Shown one piece after another: positions 1 through 13,640 of a DNA stretch of 64,000 bases. Numbering within the stretch: the first letter of the stretch is position 1; each line of letters begins with the position of its first letter. Source of the stretch: the human T2T-CHM13v2.0 reference genome, Homo sapiens; the NCBI RefSeq assembly GCF_009914755.1, contig NC_060942.1; one strand, given 5' to 3'. Below the pieces are notes generated by a model. It made no database searches, was not told where the DNA came from, and worked only from the letters and a program-made list of their open reading frames with translations. Made by a program: the position numbers and the translations under genes.

Positions 1-37
1 GAAAATGCAAACTAAAATCACTTAGTTAGACACTTCT

Positions 38-190
38 GGCTGGGTACGGTGGCTCACGTAGTCGTAGCATTTTGGGAGGCTGAGACAGGAGAATTGCTTG
101 AGCCTAGGAGTTCCAGACCAGCCTTGGCAACATAGCAAGACTCCATCTCTATTTACAAAAATGAATTGTTAATAATCAAAATACATAAAA
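38..190 (+). mobile_element. Alu left monomer (FLAM-like)
   Basis: ggctgggtacggtggctcac...ccagaccagccttggcaacatagcaagactccatctct followed by an A-rich tail; tagacac flanks both sides (TSD-like). Confidence 0.85.
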
Positions 191-3100
191 TAGACACCTT
201 CATAGGTACCTTTGGATGTACGTAAGAGTGAGCATTTTTGTGTTTTTGTGTGTGTGTTTCAGAGAAGTAGACAACAGAATTGTCTTTCTTAAAGTACACT
301 ATAGAATTTGTTAAAGTAGGCTACAGAATTGTCTTTGTTAAAATTTTATAGCATGAGATAAGAAGTTTAAAGTGAGAATAAACTAAATTTTACTTGTTAA
401 TACTTTCTTTTCTTATTCTTGATGAAAATGTAAGAGAACTGGTTACATGGAAAACCATTCAATCACTGAGCTATGTATTCTAGGTTCAAATTTTCTTTTT
501 CTTTTCAAATATTTTAGTCACTTTAATTTTTCTCCTTGGGACCATTTCCAAATTTTCTGTATCTCTCTATGAAAATCTAAGAAAATTTGCAAGAAAGAGG
601 ATTGTTTCACTTTGCAACTTTATCACTATACTTCTTATTACTGTTCAGTAGTTGGCCCATTCAGATTTTTAAATACTTCCAGATGGATTATGTCTAGTCT
701 ATGACTCTCCCATTACTATAATTGCTATTAGTGAAAATACTAATATAGGTAGGCAAATTATGACAGAACTCAGCATGTGGAAACTGGGACATGTGGATCT
801 GATCATTAACATTATCGAGGCCAGGGTGAGATTGTACAATTAGCTGGCCATGGATTAGAGGCAGTTTAAAGTTCTTTCCAATGCCAAGATTTTATCATTG
901 TAAATACTGCAGTACAGTAACTGATATTTGCAATTTCAAGGAAGAAAACTGTAATACCAAGACCATGCACTTGGTATGAGAAGTGGGCGATGTGGTAACG
1001 AGGTGCATGTACCAGGACAAGGGACCCTGGTGGTTTTGGTGAAAGCATTTGGGAAAGTGAAAGGAGAGATGATAGGAGCACTGAAAGAGAGCCCATTATT
1101 GCTGGGTATGATAGCTATAGGTAAATAGGATGGAAGCAGATGGCATTTGTTCTTAACATTTTTCATTTTCTTTAAAGTAAGCTAATTAAATTTTACTTCT
1201 AAAACCCATGAGGTTTTAGTTATAATATTAATTATAAAGGAAAGGTATTTAAAAGAAGTTATTGACTTTTTTTTTAAAGGGCAGCTATGCAATAGAGATA
1301 ACTTCCTTTTATCTTAGCTTCTGTGGTCTCTTGTGGAAAATAATCTGAGAATGTCATCAGCACTATGTCATCTAGAAGAGTTTATCACCCTAAATCAAAT
1401 TGCACAAATAATTGTTTTTTAATACAGGGACTTTCTACATACAAAAAGTTATATAGGCATATAATGTCAACCTTCCTTGTACTTTTCTTCATTACCTAAT
1501 CTTATGAGTGAAAGTAATGCAATTGAGGTTGTGTACCTAGGACCCTACATACTATGTTAAGTTTGGAAATGGCTACATTATCATTTGCATAAGCCTCTCA
1601 TGCAGAATTATCTCACAACACAGGTTGTGAAAGCAGATTTACGGACAGCTCCTAAGTACTGTACGGTTAAATCCACTCAAGGTGAACCTATCAGACTCTT
1701 TTACATAGCAAAGAGTCTCTGGAGTAATCTGATTCTATCCTTACACATCGTGATGTTTATTCAAATAATTATGAAATATATTCTAAGTTGCCCATGATAT
1801 TGAATATCTACAACAAATAAAACTAGTTGTTCACCATTTTGATGATCCTGGCTTTGCAGCAGCTCTTCCAGACCTTCTCCTTGCTGCAGAATTGTGATGG
1901 CATGGTTCGATAATGGAGGAAATCCATTAAAAGGAAAGGAGCATCGACAAAAATGTGGGCCTATCACCCTGAGCTCATTTTGACCTACTACATCCTCCCT
2001 CTGCATGAGCAAGATACTTTTCAACCAAGACATCCCAAAAACCCATTTAATAATTACCTAGATATATACACATTCCACCATTTACCTCTGCGTGTGACCA
2101 CTATCTTGAAACCACAGAGAGCTATTTTGGATTGAAAAATATGCGGAACCATTCCATCAAGAATACAGCAAATTTTCTCCCTGTAAGAAACTAGAGGAAT
2201 CACTCAAGGCCTACTTTTAGCAGCAGTAGCTGCAGACATTATCTTTAAATGAGTGCTTGGTTTCAGCTGAATATGTCCAAAGGAAAATGACTTCAAATCA
2301 AATAACAACAGGGGATAGAAAATCTTGCCATCTGATAGATCTTGAGGCACTGTCCTTTTGGAACATGTTAACATCTACAATCCTCTTCAGAAGAGTCTGT
2401 TATAATCAGATGCCAGATATAATTTCACATCCGAGGTTTAAAAATTTAAGAGGTCAACTAAACTTTCTCAGAATAAAATGGATACAAAATTTTCCCACCC
2501 CAATTGCTGGGAAATCTAATCAATCTAGATTTTTTTTTCTCAAATATAACTTATTTTCAAATATTCATTGAACAAATGTTAGAATTATAAACTTTGTTTT
2601 TCTTTCACACTGACGCTAGCCCTACTACATACTTAAAACATAGATAAGACAAAAAGAAAATGGTGAAAAATTATATGAGTCTGTTATTTTTCTGCATTAG
2701 TAATACCAGTCAATATACTTCTTGATTGATTTTTGTGTCGATGAAAATTCTGCAGAGCATTACAGTATATAAACTCTTTGCAGGCCTATTTAACGTCACT
2801 ATTCTCTTAGGGCACCAGTTCAACTGAATTTCTACTGGGGTTTATTTATTCCCTGGCGTTTATTCACATGCAATCTAATCTCAAATCCTCCCAATGCTCA
2901 CCTAATTCATTCGTTAGTCACTTCACAGATATGTGAAGAGGCAGAGGACCCCTCTAGGTGGTATATTGTAATTACTCTATAGATATTTGTGAATACATTT
3001 ATTCATAAATGATTTCATTATTCATAAATTAAATAATCTCTATCCTAAGGGCAGCATGACCTGCCGACCTGATCACTGCAGCCTCCTTTGGCCCAGTCGG

Positions 3101-3801
3101 AGAGAGCATCCTCTAAGGTGCACCAGAAAGGAAGTGTTCACATGTCAGCTTCCTGTGTGTCATTTTGCTCAACACTGTATAGTAACACTTCCAACAATCA
3201 TGTCAGACATGCAGGTAACTTGATTGATTGCTCTCTATCATTATGCTTCTGCTGCAGCAACAGTGAAGAGAAGGATGTATCAAGATGAATATGCCCTCAA
3301 ATGTTCATAATGCCTATTTAATGGACACTTCACTATTTGTCAGGCAATCCTCCCAACCTCTTATTCATTCTACATCAGAGTCCTTGGAAGTTGATACCTT
3401 ATTTTATTATGCAAGGGCAAAATGCAGAAGTAGGAGGACTCATATAAAATTTAAGTTATTGGTTTACAGACTTAACTTCAAGTAAAAGTTTTATGAAAAA
3501 TGTAGAACTATTTAAAGATAAGAGGGTAGATACCATTCATGTCAATATTCAAATGGAAAAAAAATTTAAATCTGTTAAGTAATCCCATAAACTGAAGTTT
3601 TTCGATTATTTACAGTACATTTGGGTGAGAGAGAAGTATAAACAACTATAATAGCTTATGTTTTTAGTTGTTTCTATACTCAGTTACTTCCAGTGAGTAA
3701 GGAAATGGGGTGATTCATCCGACTATTTAAACTCCAATTGCCGTCAGTTTATGCAGACTGTTGAGCTTGCATGAACCTGATCTTCTGGGATCTGCCTTCT
3801 G

Positions 3802-4018
3802 ACCTCTGCCTCCCAGATTCAAGTGATTCTCCTGCCTCAGCCTCCCAAGTAGCTGGGACTACAGGTGCATGCCACCATGCCCAGCTAATTTCTGTATTTT
3901 TAGTAGAGACGAGGTTTCACCATGTTGGCTAGGATGGTCTCAGTCTCTTGAAATTGTGGTCTGCCCACCTCGGCCTCTCAAAGTGCTGGGATTACAGGCA
4001 TGAGCCACCGCACCCAGC
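3802..4018 (-). mobile_element. AluS lacking its 3' end and poly-A
   Basis: Antisense Alu: cctgcctcagcctcccaagtagctgggactacagg...aagtgctgggattacaggcatgagccacc; no T-tract on the left. Confidence 0.92.
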
Positions 4019-4959
4019 TGACTCCTCCTAGTTTTAACTGACTTAGAATGTGATTAGAATTAGTGAACTGTGTTAACAGCTATAATACAAAACATAGGTA
4101 TTCTATATCCTGAAGAATTTCATGCACTTTTCAAACAAAAATTTATTTTAAAAAACTAAAATTTTCTATATTATTTCTTAAATAACAACAACGGTAATAA
4201 GATAGAAGAAATACAATTTCCTAATGATGGAAGTTTGACACAAATTTTTCTTTTGTCTCTTTTTTTCATTCATCTTCAAAATATTCAGCTGTTCCCCAAT
4301 ATTTTCATCTTCTTTATTCTCTTTCTTAAGTTTCTTTCATCCTAACATGTTTGGTAACGCATTATGTGAGTGAGAAAAGTAATGGACAGCCTCTCAAAAT
4401 AGCTCAATCATAAGGAGGGGTTGGTTGCAGATTATGGAAATGACACCTGGACCTCCACAAAAAGCTGGATTTTTCTGCCAAAGTTCATCCATGGTGGACC
4501 AATTGCTTTCCACACCAACATATCCATCTTTGTAGATGATCTTAGAACTGAAGATGTCCTGCCCCTGTGCCAGGCAGGGTTGTTATTTAAACACTCATTT
4601 CATCTGCCCCACAGGAATCTCTGGCTTAAGCAAAGTCTGAAACACCTTTTTTTTTTTTCTAGTCTTTTAAGTTTCTTGTATATTATCTCAATAATGGCTT
4701 AATATTTGAAAGTATTTTGCTTCAGAATCTTGGAATCTTTTCAAATTCCTTCATTTGTACATTTTTTTCAGAGACAAGTGTTTTAGAGATGTTTTATGAC
4801 TGATGAGGAAATTTACATTAAACAGTTTCCACAACTCTTGAAAGTCACAGAGAGAAAAAGTCATATTTATTTTATACTCTTTTAAGGAAGGCAGGATATT
4901 TACCTCAGATTTAAGTCACAATGTTTATGAGAGGATAAAGCCATAATATATACTTGGCA

Positions 4960-5280
4960 TATTTACAAACATTATATTATATTATGTCATTATATAGTGT
5001 TTTATATTAATATACATATTATACAACAAATGACATATGCACTATGTATATATATTTAGTGATAAATGATAGAATAAATATATGCATAATATACTAAATA
5101 TATGCATTATGGCTTTTGCTTGTTCAGGAGCAATATGAGTTAGATCTGAGGTAAAGTTCTATGTATAAAACATAATGCATATATTAGCTAAATGTTATGT
5201 TATATGTGGGTCAAATGTATATAATACATAATGTATGAGATATAATGTATATTAACTAAAAATATAATACTATATATAGG
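4960..5280. repeat. TA-rich low-complexity tract
   Basis: Degenerate (TA)n/(ATATA)n sequence. Confidence 0.7.
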
Positions 5281-6439
5281 TCAAAGCTATTTAAAGCATA
5301 GAAAGTTTTAAATTCAGAGAATAGTTCACAGAAATACTTACATGTCTCAAATTATACTATATCTGTCTTTTAACCACTCAGTGACAAAGGAAAAATTAAA
5401 GTCCAGAGATTTGAAAGAAATAAATACACTTTTAGTAAAGCCTGTATGGTTTTAGCAAATAAATAAAGTACATAAAATAAATAAACTTTTAGTAAAAACC
5501 TGTAACATTTTACCATGAAAAAAATAATGAGGAGCAAAACTTTTCTATATCCTCACCTCTATTTAAATAAACTATTATGGGAAAATGAAAGATTGATAAT
5601 TGGTACATGCATATAAAAAAGTTAAAGAAAAAAAGATCATTTTGGTGTTTCTGGTAACACTTTATTACTGTAACCATGGAAAGTTTGGGTAGAAGCCTAT
5701 TTTTAGAGGAAAATATGAGTGGCCATTTTGGTTTGAAGCAGAAACAATGAGAGGTCCTGGTTTAGACTTGACGGAAAAGTTGAAGAGAAATGGTGTTAGT
5801 TGTTCTACATAAAGAGTAGCAATGGATATAGTTTTGTATTTTTTTGTAGGATTAGGAAGAAAAATAGTTTTCTTCTCTTTTTGTAAAAATATATATCTGG
5901 AATAAGAAATAGACTTGTGAAATTGTTTCTAAAAAGCATCAGACAATAGGATTCACTAGAGTGGCTGTGCTGATTTAAAATCATCAGAAAGATCCATTAG
6001 ACACCACAGCCTTGCATTCCTGGTGCTCTGAAGAAGAGGGAGCTATACCTACAGTTTGGATGAAGTTGCAGGGAAAGAAACCAGAGCGATAAAGAGGTTA
6101 TGCTTCAAAATGAGATTACAGTGGAAAAGTTAATTAATATGCAACACTTCACAAATAGAGAAAAGTCAAACAACAAGGGAATGTAAGAAAGTCCTCCACC
6201 ATTATGATTCCGTGGAAAAACTAAGAGCAATCACAAAACCTTCCATAGCAACATGTTTAAATGAAAGAATTAAACTAAAAACCTTGAACTTTTGGAAACA
6301 TTGGTATTATATCAGAGATATGATAATTCTAATCTTATCCTCTGGGTCACCTTTCATCTTTTTTGTTTCTCTGGAGTTTGTAAAATTATTATACTTATTT
6401 CTCTCGGATTTTGATATACTTTAATAAAAAATATAGCTA

Positions 6440-7468
6440 GACTAATCCAATTAGCCATTTGGTGGCAAGTCAATTACAATAAACTTCTTGGATCCTGAAG
6501 ATCCGTCAGTAACTCTCACATATAGACACTTATTCTGAGCATGAGTGTCTTACATCAGTGCAGACGGAGCCCCAGCCAGCAACATTATCAGGTTTTCTAT
6601 GATGTTTGATCTACATTTCATCCATTCAGAAGACCCATTTTTCAGCAAAGGATGTATAGGAATGGGACCATGACATGAAATCTATTCATTGCATTACATA
6701 CAAAACCATTCAGAGGCAGTTAACATTGTAGAATGCTAGAGTAGTCTATGAAAGGCACAGATGAAGCGTGAGCATGGGGACAATTCTCAAGCTGCATGGG
6801 TACCTTTTTTTACAAATCAGTATAAGTATTAAATCAGAGACTATGGCATTGTTTCTCCAATAGGAAGTGTTTACGGGTTCAAAATACAAGGCATGGTAGC
6901 AAAAGTGGGCTACTTACAACTCCCAGTAACTCATCAGGAGAAATTTGGCTTTCTGTCTCTGCAACTGTGCACTCTACATGGTTGAGTTTCATCAGAGAAC
7001 TTTAGGCTCCTTGTGTCTACAGATCAGTAGATGAGAAGAGGCGTCAACATCTTCCAGTAAAATTGACACTGGGCAGCTGGGGGAGGCATCAACCTTTTAC
7101 CCAATGGGCTGTGGAACACAGGAGATCCACTTAGATTTGCTATAGTAACTCTGGCCGTAGAAGAGTATGACTCCCAAGAGTTCAGATCCCTCATTAATCA
7201 GGGATTGGTCACACCAACATTTAAGCCATCAAGCCTTGCTATTTTAATAGCTGAGAGAAATTCAGCATGGGTAGTGGTGAAGGGAAGAAAAAAAGTACCA
7301 GTTTTGGTCTTGACATACATTGCAGCAAGAAGGCTTAGATAGATAGTTCATCTTACTAACAGTATTCTTAAAAATTCCCTTCAGAAAACAGGCACCACAA
7401 GAGCCCTGCAGTTCATACTTCCTGAGCATACATGGAGAATGGACTCCGCATTAACCCAAAGGATGGAC
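6440..7468 (+). mobile_element. ERVL-class internal fossil, integrase to 3' region (ERV3-16A3_I-like)
   Basis: ccaattagccatttggtggcaagtcaattac resembles ERVL IN 'QPATWWQVDY'; acccatttttcagcaaagga resembles 'THFTAKE'; ends in purine tract aaaggatggac before an LTR. Confidence 0.7.
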
Positions 7469-7925
7469 TGTGGGCTTCACAGAACTGAGCCTCTCAGATG
7501 TCCTTCAAGAGAAATGTCTGCAGGAAGCACAGAGAACTGAAAGTCCAGGGGTGCACACACCAGGGATACTAGGGGTACCTCCCAACCCCAGTCACCAGCC
7601 AACTACTTAGCACTTCACAGGTACTGGCACTGGCCTATTCCTACTGGAGGCAGGACTCTTCTAGTGAAAATTTTGTCTTAGATATTCTACATCTGCTTAG
7701 CAGTAATTTTCTTGGAACAGTCCTTAAGTCTGAGATTTTTCTGCCCAATCATTCTTCCTGCTCCCTCTCATTTCACAAGAGTCAGAACTCCTTTGTTGCC
7801 AAAGGCTTTCCTTGCCTGCCTCTGATTTTTCCCCCTTTATCCTTTATAGGCACTTTTCTCAGTGAATCTCTTGTTTGTTTAATTCCATCTTGGTGTCTAC
7901 TTGTAGGAAGACCCAAATTAAAAGA
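7469..7925 (+). mobile_element. ERVL LTR (LTR16 family), 3' LTR of the preceding internal region
   Basis: TG start right after the purine tract; 3' end aatctcttgtttgtttaattccatcttggtgtctacttgtaggaagacccaaatt resembles LTR16. Confidence 0.7.
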
Positions 7926-8193
7926 CAACATTTTGCCTGGAATCATAATAGTATTTTTAAATTATTATTACTTGAGTTTTAGCTTTTTCCTGATCTCAAT
8001 CTTGGCATAGATCCCTCTGTGCATATAGTCTTCAAATCTCTCTGGAGCTTCTATCACAAGGATTCTTGGTCTGAAGTATATAGACCTATATAGTTGGCAG
8101 CACTATTTAGGGCCTTTTTTCAGGAACCAAATCTTTACATAATCTGCCTTTTCCTCACTTCTCCCCTCAGTCCTAAAAATCTTTCAGAAACAG

Positions 8194-8408
8194 TGTTAAT
8201 CAGAGTAGGCTAGGGAAATCTCCAAATCCCAGTAGCTTAAAAAATTATTTTCTTTTCTAGTCTTAATATCCACAAGCATAGGTAAGGGACAATTTCCACA
8301 AAGTCACTCAAGGAGTCAGAAAAAAAAAACCAATTCTCATAAATGACAACATTTGGAAACAGATCCTCAGTTTCCAAGAGAGCAAGAGAGAGCTAGAGCA
8401 TCATGTAA

Positions 8409-8442
<34 letters not shown>

Positions 8443-8600
8443 TGTGTGTCATGTAGTGTGTGTGTTTTATGTTTTGATTTCCTTACAACATGTCATTTCA
8501 TCTAAGAGAGCATTGGATGAAATGAGCTATCTGGCCATGCTTAACTGCAAACATGCCAAGAAAGGTAGTTAGCAGCTAGAATGTTGAGCACTACTCTCTC
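8194..8600 (-). mobile_element. Old MaLR LTR (MLT1K/L-like)
   Basis: ccaaatcccagtagcttaaa; cattggatgaaatgagctatctggccatgcttaactgcaa resembles the MLT1 antisense core. Confidence 0.55.
8409..8465. repeat. (TG)n microsatellite
   Basis: Read directly. Confidence 0.95.
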
Positions 8601-9304
8601 TTCTAGAGAACTTACTACTGCCAAGATGTTGCTTTTAAAAGAGAACGCTAGTTGCCTTGTTTTCTGCTATTAAAAACATTTTCATGGTGAAAAATCTGCT
8701 TAGCTGCTTGAATCATGGGACGGAAAAAGGATACAAAAAATGTAATGAGGAAAAGACTTGTTGGTTAAGTCTCAAAATAGTAAACAAATATATGCATAGT
8801 AGGATGTCATATTGGTATAGCAACAAAGGCACCAAGGTATGATAGATATCAGATAGCCACCTGTGTGTGAAATGAGTTAGACCACTCCAGAGCACTTGAA
8901 AGAAGGTGTTTACTTAAAACTGGTTACATGACTTTATGCCTTTTGCTTATATTAAGAGTAAAGTGTTTGGAAGAAAATGTCTTTAGCGATAGCTATGTTG
9001 TGGTTCTCAATAGCCCAAGATGAAGAAAAATTTGGGAGAGTGTGTTTCTACTTATATATGGTCAGAGGAGATTGTCTTCAACTTGAAGAAATTAGCATGG
9101 GTTCTCTGTAGTCAGGAGATTGGGTGGATGGCTCCCTGCCTCTTGCCCTGGGAATGCAGATGGTGGGAATGAAATTTCTAATTGCTTGACAATAGGGTGA
9201 AATAAAGCAAGATGCAGTAAGTGGGTAGGACTTTAGTGTCAGCTCTCCTGAGGTGAGTGCTCTGTGATCAGGAAGAAAGATAAACATGGATATTTGGGCG
9301 ACCG

Positions 9305-9740
9305 GTGGGATAAACTTCTTATTGTTCTCCAATATCATTCTCTCTTTCTTGCACAATGTAAGAACTTTCATCTCGAGAAATCATCATCCAAAATAAAGAT
9401 TACATGTCAAGTCCCTCCTGGGGTTGGGTGTCACCATGTATCTAAGTTCTGGCCAATGGAATTGCTGAAAGTGGAAGGGTTTTATGGCATGCTTGGGAAA
9501 TCTTCCTTAAAAGCTGATGCACACAGTTTGACAACTTCTTGTTCCCTTTCACCATCATGTTGCTAGAATAACTGGAGTTCAATTTTACATCATTAGTGAC
9601 TCTCTTTTTTTTTATGCTACATTGCCATAGGAACTAATAATTTAAGTATGCACTTGGTATCCTAAGGACAGAGAAAGCTACAGCAGCCCTAATGTGTCAT
9701 ACATTGCACCATGCATTTTTCAGCGTCTTCTGATAGCATA
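9305..9740 (+). mobile_element. Old MaLR LTR (MLT1J-like)
   Basis: gggtgtcaccatgtatctaagttctggccaatgga...gggaaatcttccttaaaag is an MLT1J-type motif. Confidence 0.6.
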
Positions 9741-10073
9741 CTCTACTTAGGTGAATGAATCCACTGAGGAATGTCATAGTTGTGATAAGGACATGTCTTA
9801 GAAAAAAATGTCATGGTAACAGATGGAATTAAAAATCTTAAGAGAAATCCAGCAATAATACATACCAATGTCTGAAGAGCAGCGGAAGCAATATACATCA
9901 CAGCACATGACCCAAAGTCCCAGAAATAGCTCCTGCTCCAATGCCTTGATATTACCGGCAGTTCAAGGATAAGGTGATTTTTAAAAAGTACTGGCAAAGT
10001 GAAATTCCTAAGTGACTAACTGTAATAGGGAACAGAAGACCAAATTAAGTTTCTATAATACACAACCTTTTAA

Positions 10074-10407
<334 letters not shown>

Positions 10408-12559
10408 TTATTTTGTTTTAAAATTTAAATCTTTGTCCCATGATTTTCATGACTTTCATTGGTCTAGGAAAAATACAATTTTCTGCTTATAGAGTGATCA
10501 AATGAAAGCTCTTGTTCCAAGTGAACTCATATGGAAATCATAAATGGTAGGTATTAACACATGGTCTTGATTGGATTGTGTATCATTTGGTGAGTTGGCC
10601 AGTTGTCCAGGTCACCTGCACTCACAATTCCAACCAAAAGATGAACCAATGAAAACTGTTAGTGCATTGGCTGTTATGTTCCTATATGTAAGAAAAATGA
10701 GGAAGGTGGTGGATTTCTCTGAAAAACAATTAACTGTACACTTACAAAAACAAATCAAAGCATTTCTATTATATTCTACTTTAAATATCCTTTTTTTGAG
10801 AGGCTATTCTACAAAGACAAATTAAGGCAGTTAAATATTTTTGTTTTTAATTATCTATGTGTTTTCACTTTATCAAGTAAGTTTATTTTTCCTGAATAAT
10901 GATTTAGCTAACATAAATATATTTATGAATATATTAATCTTATCATCATGTTGAATCTTTTGGTCTTGACTTCTGCCTTTGCCACTAGATTCAATAGCAC
11001 ATTTGGTGTTGAAAGACCTTTGTGATTCTATTATCATTGTAGTTTTTCATGTAGACATTTAAATTTTGCCAATGAAAAAGAATACTTGTCTTAAATTCTA
11101 GAGAAAACTAAGTTAAATTCCACTGCATTTGTTGTTAAAACAGTACATGTTTATGTTTGATTTTTAAGATGGAGCATTACAACAGCCTCCTGGAAATATT
11201 CACTTACAAAGAATGATACCTAAATGCATATGATTACAAATGCAATTATAATAATTAATATTAGCATAATATTGTCCTGGTTGGAGAATTTTAATCAACT
11301 ATCTATAATTTTGTGTAAGTTATGAGCCTATCTAGTCATTGCGGTTGCATTCTAGAAGCTTATAATTTCTGTAATCAAATGTATTCATGAAAGAAGTAAC
11401 ACAAAGGCGACATATTTCAATTGTAAAGTTTCAGAAATAAATGATTAACAACTGTTTTCATCAAGATTACTGAAAAAAGAAAATATATAACACAATTATT
11501 AATGAGTTTCACAAGAAGATTTTACTCTATTCATATATTAACATTTGATTTAATTTAGTATTCATATTTTGCTATATTAACACTAAAGTGTTTTATACAC
11601 ACACATATGTGTGTATGTATATATATGTATATGTTATCTGCAGATTACATATACATATTATCAGCACACATTAAGCCTTGTGTTCATTTTTTATTACCAG
11701 AAATATTTAATGTAGCTTTTTTTTGAAATCTCACTTTGCATCTTAGATATTCTATGCTTGCCTCTATCATAAAGAGATTTGAGGCATTGAAGTGTGCCTT
11801 AAACTATATGGTTTTAAAAAGAACTGTAATTGCAGCTGACTAATAGATGATAGAAATAGACATGTACATCTGTGTTCTATAAAAGTCATAACTCTACATA
11901 TATTTTCAAAACAAAAATGTGTTATACAATGCCTTCTACTGTGAGTTAAAAAGAGATATTTTAAACGCCTCTGAAAAAATGTTTGAAAATGTCATTTTTG
12001 GCAAGGGGGAGGGTGACATACATCTGAGGAAAGTGAATGAAAATTATTATGCCAGCATCCCTATCCATTCTGCTGAAAAATTTTGATATTTGCCCTGTCA
12101 TATCCATGGATACTTATTAAGTGTCTAGAATTTTGACTGCATTCTTCATTGTATGTTTTAGAGCCAACTACCTGATTCAGAGTGCAAAATCCATGAAATA
12201 ATTTCCACAATGATTATGACAAATTTAAACTCCAGCAGGAAAGCTTAAAACAATTTGATCGCACAGGTTGTTAGATAAATAACATTGTCAGTACAGTCTA
12301 AAGATCCCAGAAACAAGATTGATTTCTTTGTTCATACTAACAACATTTTCTTGGGTCCCAAAGAAAATAAAAGACATATAGCTTAAGTCACATAAATCAG
12401 TGGACACACCAGACAATAAATAAATAGATTCCTACTGTCTTCTGTCTAGCAGTAGGAGGCATAATGGTCAAGAATTTGGGGCTCTATGTGTATATTTTGG
12501 CGTTGTGAATAATGAGTTTCTTCTCATATTTTTGTGAGATAAACTTTAACACACATTAT

Positions 12560-13147
12560 TGAGTCAGGAGAATAGGGTCTGGAGGGAGGAAACCTAAAGT
12601 CTATTTGAGCTGACTTCCTAGAGCTGTATCAAAAGGAAAAGCCCACCTCTCCAAACTCAAGTAACAGAAGAATCAGAGGCTACTCCCTTTTCACTATGTT
12701 GCAGATGAAAAATGGAAAGTACCGCTAGTTGGTCCCCTTTTGCAACCAATCAGATTGGTTGGTTTCCTCTAACAACCAATCAGACTGTTTCTAAGCCAGG
12801 TCTTCATGTATAACTTTGTAGCTTTGCTTCAGCCTCTGACTGGTCGCCTCCCTCAACCAATCAGACTGGTAGTGAAGTGGGGGGGCACTCCTTCATTTAC
12901 CTAGGGAGTAACCAAGTAACTAATGGGAAACCTTTAGAGGGTATTTAAACACCAGAAAATTCTGTTACCAGTGCTCTTGATCTGCTTGCTCGAACCTGCT
13001 CCCACTCTATAGAGTGTACTTTTGTTTCAATAAATCTATGCTTTTGTTGCTTCATTCTTTTATTGCTGCATTTTTGTGTTTTGTCCAATTCTTTGTTCAA
13101 AATGACAAAAACCTGGATGACTCAGTCAAGACCCTCCACTGGTAACA
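12560..13147 (+). mobile_element. ERV1 solo LTR (MER51 family)
   Basis: tgagtcaggagaatagggtctggagg start and ggtaaca end; repeated aaccaatcaga; tatttaaa and aataaa; 4-bp TSD ttat/tcat with one mismatch. Confidence 0.85.
12744..12950 (+). promoter_or_regulatory. LTR promoter: CCAAT-box cluster plus TATA-like box
   Basis: aaccaatcaga at 12744, 12774 and 12855; the first is paired with an antisense attggtt; tatttaaa at 12942. Activity is not shown by sequence. Confidence 0.5.
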
Positions 13148-13204
13148 TCATGACAGTAAAGATGATTCTCAGGATAGTGAAAATTCTCTAAAAACGTTTA
13201 AAAC

Positions 13205-13640
13205 ATGTAGTAGAATGGTTTTTCAGGAAAGCAGTCTCTAATATGGGTTGGACAGGCAATATGTGTTTAGAGAACCCTTGGTATCCCTACCATAGGAAGA
13301 GGAGGAAGCAGGGGAGGAAGAAGGAGGCACAGATCTGGGTCCGAGCCCAATTACAGACTCCATGGAACCCTCCACAGGGTGCTCTGTAGCTAAAATGGCT
13401 CTGTAGAGTTGTCCAGAGTTGGGTCAAGAGTATCAAGTCTTAAGTTTCCTCCTACCCTCCATTCATATAAATTGGTCATGGGATGTGCATTGCCTAGATA
13501 AGAGGTATGAACTTGGGTGAAGTGGAGTTTTGCCAGAGACAAGTGTGGATGAGGCTAAGTGCTGAGAGTTGCCTGAGTAGTTGGGGCCCAAACTTCACCA
13601 AATGTGAATCTGGGGGTATATCTCAGCGTCGTCAGAGGCC
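13205..13640 (-). mobile_element. ERVL LTR (LTR16A-like)
   Basis: gggtgctctgtagctaaaatggctctgtagagttgtccagagttgggtcaag resembles LTR16A antisense. Confidence 0.65.

Noticed and set aside
1761-2033. 90-aa - strand ORF in non-repeat DNA
   Set aside because: No recognisable homology and no matching splice acceptor; length is within chance expectation.
3060-3220. Possible + strand exon ending at donor gcag|gtaact
   Set aside because: No convincing acceptor or promoter pairing; isolated donor-like motifs are common.
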